A stretch of 64,000 nucleotides of DNA from a virus: IMG/VR virus record IMGVR_UViG_3300024496_000011, one strand, 5' to 3'. Of this stretch, positions 10,148 through 18,300 are shown in pieces. Each line of letters begins with the position of its first letter. Position 1 is the stretch's first letter. Made by a program: the position numbers and the translations under genes. The notes beneath the pieces were generated by a model. The model was given only the letters and a program-made list of their open reading frames with translations. It ran no database searches and was not told the origin of the DNA.

Positions 10148-11524
10148 TTATGGATTTCCGAATGGATTACTTTCAGTAAAGTCTATTATTAAATCAGATT
10201 CACCTTCTATCTCTTCATTTTGAGCATATGGATCTGTTTTATTATAAGAATCTTCAATTCTTAATTGATAAGAAGCTCCACTTTTTGCGCCAACTATTCT
10301 TTCTCCTGTTTTGAAGGTTCCAGATATTTTATGTACTTTTAATTCTTTAGTGACTGCGTTCCAAGAATTTACTTTTGCTGTTGTATTAGTAATAGATCCA
10401 GTTACCAATTCATTAAAAATATAAGTTCCGATTCCGGAAGTTGGTGAAGATTCGATAGTTATTGTTGGATTTGATGTATAACCTATTCCAGCATCTATGA
10501 GTCTTATCTGAGTTATTGATCCACTTGAGTTTATTACTGCATAACCTTTGGCAGTTGTTCCTATACCAGGACCACTAAAGGTGACTGATGGTGAAGTAGT
10601 GTATCCAGACCCACCACTTGTTACTGTAACTACTCCAACTATACCATTACCAATGACTGCTGTTGCTGCTGCTCCCGCACCGCCACCTCCGACAAACACA
10701 ACACTTGGTGCCACTGTGTAACCAGCTCCAGAATTGCTAAGTTGAACTCCTTGAACTTTTAAGGAACTAGTTCCATTACAATCTATTAATCCACCAATCA
10801 TTGTTGCAATACCAACTGCCGTAGTTCCTCCTGATGGCGCTGATGATATTGCAACTTTTGGTACGGATGTATAACCATTACCTCTATTTGTAATTCTTAC
10901 AAATCTAATTCCACCATTTACTATAGTAGCAGCTGCTGTTGCAGTTGATGCAGATCCAACCAAAGTTAGTGTTTGAATGTATCCTTGATCTTGTATATTA
11001 TCGTCTATTTGTTCTATAGTAGTATCAACAACTTCATCTTCATATCTAAACAATTCACATCTTAATTCGTATACATAATTTTTTTGAAGTTGATAGAATG
11101 GTTGTTCATGTTCAACATATTTAATTTCGAATAATCTATCCCCTAACGGAAAATAAATCAAATCTCCTTCTTTTGGTCTGGTTGATAATTTTACATCTGT
11201 CATATTTTTTATGAGAGGAGATATGTAATTCTCAAATCTCTCTTTAGAAATAATCAAATTTAAATCATCTAATTCTTGAATTCCAAATTTTGATAGTATA
11301 GTTCCTGCGCCACTATACCCTTCATAGCTATTAAGATATGCCTCTAAAGGAAAAGCATTTTGAAATTTTGATTCTATAACTTCCTTTATTATTGTTTTTT
11401 CTGTGATATATGCTCTTGGTAAATAATAAATTTCAACACCATACATCCTTAATTGTTCATTTATTAGATCTTGGATAAGATCTTGCTCTGTTCTAGATCC
11501 TTGAAGAAAAAATGGATTGAGCAT
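10148..11524 (-). CDS. g14: Neck protein gp14 with inserted Gly/Ser/Thr-rich domain
   Basis: YGVEIYYLPR, RPKEGDLIYFP, LFEIKYVEHEQPFYQL, DFTESNPFG; internal GSGY repeats. Confidence 0.95.
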   Translation of the reverse strand: MLNPFFLQGSRTEQDLIQDLINEQLRMYGVEIYYLPRAYITEKTIIKEVIESKFQNAFPLEAYLNSYEGYSGAGTILSKFGIQELDDLNLIISKERFENYISPLIKNMTDVKLSTRPKEGDLIYFPLGDRLFEIKYVEHEQPFYQLQKNYVYELRCELFRYEDEVVDTTIEQIDDNIQDQGYIQTLTLVGSASTATAAATIVNGGIRFVRITNRGNGYTSVPKVAISSAPSGGTTAVGIATMIGGLIDCNGTSSLKVQGVQLSNSGAGYTVAPSVVFVGGGGAGAAATAVIGNGIVGVVTVTSGGSGYTTSPSVTFSGPGIGTTAKGYAVINSSGSITQIRLIDAGIGYTSNPTITIESSPTSGIGTYIFNELVTGSITNTTAKVNSWNAVTKELKVHKISGTFKTGERIVGAKSGASYQLRIEDSYNKTDPYAQNEEIEGESDLIIDFTESNPFGNP

Positions 11525-11527
11525 ATC

Positions 11528-12376
11528 TTATCCTATCATATCTAATGGTGGAAGTTCATAAGTGTTAGACATTTTTTCCATTAAAATGTCAATTTCTCTT
11601 TGAGCGTCATCGTACATTTGTCTGCCATTTAATTCAACTCCACCTGGAAGTTTGACTCCAGTAAATTTCATCATATTTTGTCCCCACTGTCTCTTGATTA
11701 ATGATGTTAAATATGGTTTCACAAAAGAATCATTCCAAACTCTACTGTAATCATTTGGATCTAAAACTGAATAGCAATCAATGACAATGTATTGATTATT
11801 AGTTACAGTTGACCAATCAATATCTAAATATAATCTATCTTGTCTTTTGTTAAATCTAATTTGTTTTTGTGTATTGAGAAGAAAATCTAAATCTTCAAGG
11901 TAAGTTTTTACCATTGCATAAGATAATAGTTCTGTGCTACCCCAATAGTAAATATCATTTAAAAATAATTGATACTTTACGCTAAACATATTATGGGTAA
12001 TAGTGTTAGCACTATCAAAAAGAAATATTTTATTTACACCTAATACTGATGGTGGAATTTGGAGATAATTACTATTTTCTTCATATGTAAAAGTCGTTGT
12101 TACCCCAACTATAGTTGTTGTAACACTTGTTGATGCTATTCCTACTGCAGGTCCGGTTCCACCTCTTGCTCGGCCCCTATTAATATCATTTTGATTTATC
12201 TTGTACTTATAAAATGTAGGATATACACCATCAAAATGTCTTTCTTGAAAAAACTGAATGGCGTCATCTACTAGATCATCAATTTGCTCATCCGCAACAT
12301 TAATTTCTAAAACTGGTGCCCCCAGTTTTCTTTTACAATAATCTATTAGTTCTTGTCTAGTAGATGGTTGCGACAT
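11528..12376 (-). CDS. g13: Neck protein gp13
   Basis: RQELIDYCKRKLGAPVLEINV, IKRQWGQN..KF.GVKLPGGVELNG motifs. Confidence 0.96.
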   Translation of the reverse strand: MSQPSTRQELIDYCKRKLGAPVLEINVADEQIDDLVDDAIQFFQERHFDGVYPTFYKYKINQNDINRGRARGGTGPAVGIASTSVTTTIVGVTTTFTYEENSNYLQIPPSVLGVNKIFLFDSANTITHNMFSVKYQLFLNDIYYWGSTELLSYAMVKTYLEDLDFLLNTQKQIRFNKRQDRLYLDIDWSTVTNNQYIVIDCYSVLDPNDYSRVWNDSFVKPYLTSLIKRQWGQNMMKFTGVKLPGGVELNGRQMYDDAQREIDILMEKMSNTYELPPLDMIG

Positions 12377-12394
12377 TTATCTTCTCTTTTAAAA

Positions 12395-12401
12395 TATTTA
12401 T
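12395..12401 (-). promoter_or_regulatory. Late promoter ATAAATA for g13
   Basis: tatttat ~20 bp upstream of the g13 start. Confidence 0.6.
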
Positions 12402-12577
12402 GATTTAGATATTAAAAGTTGAGATACAACCTCTTGTTGCTTTAAATATAACTTATAATAACATTTAGCAATATTTTTTGCATCTTCAATATTAGATATA
12501 CTATCTATTTCTGAAGCAACTTTAAAGTATTCAAAACTTTTGCTTAAATTTTCAAGTTCTATACTATCTGGATTCAT
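12398..12577 (-). CDS. 59-aa hypothetical protein, NblA-like helical pattern
   Basis: Hand translation MNPDSIELENLSKSFEYFKVASEIDSISNIEDAKNIAKCYYKLYLKQQEVVSQLLISKS; fills the gap between ORF 12564-12791 and g13; below the ORF-track cutoff. Confidence 0.7.
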   Translation of the reverse strand: MNPDSIELENLSKSFEYFKVASEIDSISNIEDAKNIAKCYYKLYLKQQEVVSQLLISKS

Positions 12578-12791
12578 TTAACAAACTCCTTAGTAAACTT
12601 TTTATTTCATCAAGATCACTTTTCATATTAGCAACATTTTCTTCAAGGGATTGTATTTTTAGATTCTCTTTTTCTTTTAATTTCTTTTGCAAAATATACG
12701 CATTGTAATCTGACATACTAGTATTAACTACCGCTTGAGTTTTATCGTCTCTTATTAAATTTGAATGGCCTGTAATTTTTGAATGACTCAT
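12564..12791 (-). CDS. Hypothetical coiled-coil protein (75 aa)
   Basis: ORF track; tightly packed in the late operon; heptad-like C-terminus. Confidence 0.8.
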   Translation of the reverse strand: MSHSKITGHSNLIRDDKTQAVVNTSMSDYNAYILQKKLKEKENLKIQSLEENVANMKSDLDEIKSLLRSLLNESR

Positions 12792-12797
12792 AGTTTA

Positions 12798-15299
12798 TCA
12801 TGCTAAAGCAATAACTCTTAAATCTTTAACTCTAGGTGGATATGCTTGATTTGTTGAAGTTCCAACAAATTTAATACCAAAATATCTAAATGGTGGAAGA
12901 TTATCAATTGTGAATTCATACTCCCTAAAGTCTAAAATATCACCATCAAATCCAATGACATCTGTTTTTGATACCATTTTATCTGGAGATCCATCATTGT
13001 TTGCTAAATTAATAATTTCTCCAGTTGAAGTTAAGTTTTTATATCCTGGGAATGGATAATAAATCATCTCCGAGTTTGGATCATCTGTAATTGAATAAAA
13101 ACATCTGATATCATTTTGGGTATTAATATAAGCATTCATATAAACTTTAATAGATGATGCCGGAGTCTCTAGTGATATTGGTTTAGTTGCATAAACAAAT
13201 GATGATGGATCTCCTTCTAAAGTTGATGTTCTATTGTCAGTTATATAGTTTGATATTGGATTATTTACTCTGTTTGAAATAAACATCACAGCAACTCTAT
13301 CCAAATCAATCACTGGAGAAATATATGCATTTGTTGTGGATAGATTTAAGTTAAGAGTGAATGATTTGTTTGCTGGTAAATTTGTAAGTTTTGAAGATTC
13401 ATTTACTTTTGAAGAAACGACTCTTGGGGTTGAAAAATAATTAGTCGCATTCAAGTTAATTTGCTCAAAACCTTGATCTATGAATGAAATTTCATTTCCA
13501 CCTATGCTACTTCCTGAAACTGATCTGATTGATGCATTGACATTAGTTCCTCTTAATGTCATAGTTTGAACTATTGGTTTTGCAAGTTCAAAAGGAATAT
13601 TTTGTGTGGCGTTTATAGAACTTCCGCCAGTTGATTTAGTTTCATTTAAAAATAGTTTTGGATGTCCCGTGGATGTAGATCTATTCGTCATTGTAGAATT
13701 TTGATCGGACATATCAAGTTTTATATGATAGTAATCCAAATCAAGTGGATTAGAAACAGTGGCGTTCGATAAATCATGAGTTTTGTTAATTCTTCTTAAA
13801 GAAACTCCAGACAACTCATACTTATAAATTAAACTCCCTGCATCATGAATAAATGATTTAGTTTGATCAACACCCCTTGTAATTCCTGTTAATTTTGGTG
13901 GAGATGTTGTCGAATTTACGCCTGTATAAGAAATAATTTCATCTTCAATTTTAATATATCCTGGATTCGTAGCTCCTACCGATACATTTTCAAAAGTTTG
14001 AAAGTTTGCGATTGTTACACTTTCTACTTGAATATCATCATTTGATGTTGCTGAATAATTTGCAAATAATTTAGTTGGTTTTAAGTCTGATACTACATTT
14101 GAAACGGCAACCAAATTATTTGCAGAGTTCATTCCATGATTCTTATGATTAACTTTTAAATGTAGTCCATCAGATAAAGTTATTATACCATCTGTGGGTA
14201 TAGTAACATTTCCACCAGTTCCATTTAAATCAGTAGTAATTCCTAAATTATTAATAAATCTAATAGTTTTTCCTATTCCGGTTAAATATTCTCCTTGCAC
14301 TTGATCTATTATTAATTCATTTACGCCAGAAATTTGAGATACCGACAATCTTAAATTTCTACCTAAGTTTTTAGATCCAATAGTAGTAATACCAAGAACA
14401 TCTCCAACAGAATAACCAGTTCCTCCATTTGAAATTGTTGCTGCGACAGCAACACCATTGGATATTGTTATATCTGCTGCGGCATCTCTTCCAGAACCTG
14501 TTATACTATTCAATGAAACATTTGTAAAAAGATAACTGCCTGATGATGGAGTATAACCTATACCAGAATTAATAATTCCTAAAGTGCTAAATGCAGAACC
14601 AGCTGATCCAACAAAATTGCCAGTTGCATTGCTATTTTGTTGAATTATCGTATTACCTGGAGATGGTAGTTTTGAATCTGCAATAGTTGTTCCTATACCT
14701 ACTTTAATTTTTTTAGATGCAATTTCTAAAGAATCCTTGACTAAAGTTGCAACCTGACCATTTCCAACACTTAGATCTGGATTATAGAAATTTATATTTC
14801 CACTTCCAACGAAATTTGCTCTGTATAATTTAAACTTTAAATCTTCCAATTGGCTTGGAGTCCAAGTAGATCCATTTTGCGATTTAAATAAAGATCCACT
14901 CAGAGGTTGCTTCGAAACTAGTACTTGTTGATCTTCTGTAAGATTTGAAGTACTAACTTCAACTTCTGATAATCTAGCAATCCATACATTATATACACTA
15001 GAATTTGAAAGTATGGCTAAAGCATGAAATTGTTTTCCCGCCAAATAAATTGGCGAATCAAATGTAACTCTAGTTGGAACTGATGCGTCCGCAGAAATGT
15101 TTACATTTTTTGGATCAATAACAACCTCTCCAAATGGATAAACTTCATTTGTAGGTACACCCAACTGCATTGGTCTCAATTGAACTGTAACTGGAAGTTC
15201 CGCATCTCTGGAGTAAAAATATAAATCAACAGAAGTTACAAAAATACCGCTGTCAGGTTCTACATAAAAAGATTGTGCTAAAGGATCTATTATTTTCAT
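12798..15299 (-). CDS. Virion structural protein (C-terminal part of DUF4815-type baseplate/fibre protein)
   Basis: Starts with DPLAQSFYV..GIFVTSVDLYF, typical of this family; Gly/Ser/Thr-rich; ends PPRVKDLRVIALA. Confidence 0.85.
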   Translation of the reverse strand: MKIIDPLAQSFYVEPDSGIFVTSVDLYFYSRDAELPVTVQLRPMQLGVPTNEVYPFGEVVIDPKNVNISADASVPTRVTFDSPIYLAGKQFHALAILSNSSVYNVWIARLSEVEVSTSNLTEDQQVLVSKQPLSGSLFKSQNGSTWTPSQLEDLKFKLYRANFVGSGNINFYNPDLSVGNGQVATLVKDSLEIASKKIKVGIGTTIADSKLPSPGNTIIQQNSNATGNFVGSAGSAFSTLGIINSGIGYTPSSGSYLFTNVSLNSITGSGRDAAADITISNGVAVAATISNGGTGYSVGDVLGITTIGSKNLGRNLRLSVSQISGVNELIIDQVQGEYLTGIGKTIRFINNLGITTDLNGTGGNVTIPTDGIITLSDGLHLKVNHKNHGMNSANNLVAVSNVVSDLKPTKLFANYSATSNDDIQVESVTIANFQTFENVSVGATNPGYIKIEDEIISYTGVNSTTSPPKLTGITRGVDQTKSFIHDAGSLIYKYELSGVSLRRINKTHDLSNATVSNPLDLDYYHIKLDMSDQNSTMTNRSTSTGHPKLFLNETKSTGGSSINATQNIPFELAKPIVQTMTLRGTNVNASIRSVSGSSIGGNEISFIDQGFEQINLNATNYFSTPRVVSSKVNESSKLTNLPANKSFTLNLNLSTTNAYISPVIDLDRVAVMFISNRVNNPISNYITDNRTSTLEGDPSSFVYATKPISLETPASSIKVYMNAYINTQNDIRCFYSITDDPNSEMIYYPFPGYKNLTSTGEIINLANNDGSPDKMVSKTDVIGFDGDILDFREYEFTIDNLPPFRYFGIKFVGTSTNQAYPPRVKDLRVIALA

Positions 15300-15338
15300 T
15301 TTAATTGTTAATTGTTGGACGATAACTCCACTATGATA

Positions 15339-15345
15339 TATTTAT
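15339..15345 (-). promoter_or_regulatory. Late promoter ATAAATA
   Basis: tatttat between the two large structural genes. Confidence 0.55.
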
Positions 15346-15361
15346 TTCTCATTTTACTTAG

Positions 15362-18300
15362 TTATTTTTTACCTTTTTTCTTATTATTTACTGGTGAAAC
15401 TGTGATTGCGTTTGGTATTACAGTGGTAAGACCGTTTGGACCTGTTACTCTTACATCTCTTACAAAATCTTTTTGTATTTGCTTAGCTGGTTGTCCTAAT
15501 GATGGACTATTTTGTGTTGTAGGAATCATGCCTTTTGCTTGATTACTTTCTTTTAGTTGAGTAGATAATGCTGCATAATTTTTATCGGTTGGAGTAACTT
15601 TTGCACCTTGTGCATTAAACGCTTGTTCTGCTTTATTGGCACCAATTTTCTTCTTGAGTTCTCCATAAGTAACTTCTTTACCATTATATTTAATTGTTGT
15701 TAGAGGAACCGAATAATATGGTTGATTGCTACCTTGAAGTTTCTTACCAAAAAGACCTGCTACAAATTTATCCCCACCAATACCACGCTGACCATATACT
15801 AATCCACCTGCATTTACATTTAAGAATTTGATACCAGCAGTTGATTTTGGTTCAACAGGTTTCACTGGACCTGGATCTGTCGTTGGTCCTGGAATATCAT
15901 CGAGTGGTGGTGGTTGTGTCGTTGGTCCTGGATCAGGTGTCCACGATGGAGTGGGTTGATTATCAATTGGCGATGGGAACACCGGTGTTGGTGTTGGTTG
16001 TGGTTGTGGTTGAGGTTCTGGTTGTGGTTGTGGTTGTGGTTCTGGTAAAGTATTTCCAACAATAGTTGTTGCGACCACTGCAACCGGTCCAGTAGAAACC
16101 TCAGATCTACTTTCTATTATGGTTTGAGTTTCAGTTCTAGCAGTTCTGACAGATAATATATTTTCTTGTACCCTATTAATTTTACCTTCAGAATAAAATC
16201 TTTCTTCCGCACTTGTAATTGTAGAATCAATTAAAGAATTAGTTGAGCTACTTGTTATTCTGAAAAGTTTTGTGCCTGTTTGGAAACTTGGATTTCCGAA
16301 AACATTTGGATTTGGGATAAAGAAAGATCCTATTATTACACCATTGACATCAGTAATTAATCTAATATTCGTTATTACTGCTTCTGCGCCACTTGTATTT
16401 CCTCTAAGTCTCATTCCAGTTTGAATAAATCCAAAGAAATCGCCAAGAGCTTGTTGTGAAAGACTAAAGGTATCAATATTTAAAATCGTTGAAGTTGATG
16501 AATAATTTGTTGGAATGTCTTGTACTGAGTTATATGGATCTTTTGTAAAGATTTCTGTTGGTGAATTGTAAGGTCCATATTTATGATTTGAATTTGCCAC
16601 TCTAAAAGTAATCTTTGGTGTAGAAGATTGAACTCCTAAAATCTCAGCTCCATCACTAACAACACCCTGTACAGTTTCACCCACTTGGAATGTTCCTGAA
16701 ACCATGCTAATTTCTAATAGTTTTGGAACTATAAATTTATTAACATCAAGACCACTAAAGAATGTGTAAACTCTTGTTAGTGGTTTTAATCTCTTGGCAA
16801 CAAATTCAATATTCCTAGACCTCATGAAAGGACTTATATCAGAACTTAGAACAGTATCACCTAAAGAAACATACTTAGTATCTTCTTTAGTAATTTTTCT
16901 AATACCACTTCTTGTACTTGTGCCAGTTTTAGTTATTGTCTCTAAATCTTCTTTAATGATGTAATATCCAACATTAACTGTTCTTGAATCTTTTGCTGTA
17001 GTTGAACCTGTCCAGACAGTTTCCCAAGATCCCCAAGTTACTGGTCCAAATCCAGTTTGTTTATCTAATTCTGAAGCAGTAATTTGAGATTCTGACTGAA
17101 TATAATTTGTTGCCACTTCTGTTGAATTTGCAACAAGTCTTACGACATCAACCCAAACATCTGAAGATGGGGCAAGATTGATTGTTCCGCCATAATAACC
17201 AACTCTGTATGGAGCAACACTTTCTACTCTAGTTGCATATGGTTGATTTATTTCTTCCACTTCCAAATAATCTAAGGTAATTATATCATTTGTTTTTTTG
17301 ATGTTAGTTCCTATTAAGTCTGTAACATACCTAGAATCTACTTGAGAATTTGAAGTTACACCTAATCCAATAAGAGAATTTGACCCTAAAACTAAATCAA
17401 CTAATGTATTATATGGTGAAGGTCTTAGTTCCGAGTTAGCAACATCAATACTGTTCTTTACTATTGTTACTTTTTTCTGTGAAGATGTTGTAGAAAAGTC
17501 ATCAACAAAAAATCCAGATTTAAAACGATTTAAACCATTGACATCTCTAATAAAAAGATTTGAAGTATCTGTTTCTAATAAAGAAAGTGAAGTATAATAC
17601 TCTAAATTTTTAATTCTATTCTCAAGAGAATAGATATCTTTCATTCTATATCTCTTGTGTTCGGCAAGATTTAGACTTGCATCGTTTATGTCGCACAAAT
17701 ATGCTGGTAATGTAATAGTTGCTATATCTAAAGCATCTTCAATTCCAATTGGTGGTTGTGGATTATCTGCAGGTTCCCCTTTATTTAACTGGAATATTCC
17801 ATCTTTAGTTAAATAAATTTTATCTACTCTTGGTAAATAATAAGAATAATTTAATAAAATAGATTCATCGGAAGCCAAAACATTAGATGCAGAATTTCCA
17901 CTAGAAGTAAAACTTCTAGATCTAAATTCAAATGGAGATAATGAAGATGTTGTAACTGTAAATTCAGAAACTCTTGGTCTAATATCTAAAATATCACTAT
18001 TCCTAATACCATTGACGGAAGGTATGTCACAATAATCAAATTGGTTATAAGAATTTGCAGTTGTTATATTGCCATCATCAGAAGACAAAAAACTTGCAGA
18101 CTCAAATACAATTTTTAATTTTCTAATTGGTTCTTTTGCTGCAGATTTTCTAGTTATTCTAGAATAATCATATATCGTGTTTCTTTGACCATTATCAAAA
18201 ATATAATTTGTGGTGACATTATTATCACCTGCATCAGAAGAAGTTATAACTGCTGTTATTCCGGATTCTTTGAAAGTGATTGTTTCGTCAATTCTGAATC

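Noticed and set aside
10148-11524. Enlarged gp14 and gp15 as novel fusions
   Set aside because: Gly-rich insertions and C-terminal extensions in neck proteins are usual in cyanomyoviruses; not considered unusual
15841-16083. ORF-track entries 15841-16065 (+) and 15862-16083 (-) with poly-V or HN/HQ runs
   Set aside because: Alternative-frame shadows of the Pro-rich linker in the 1884-aa gene
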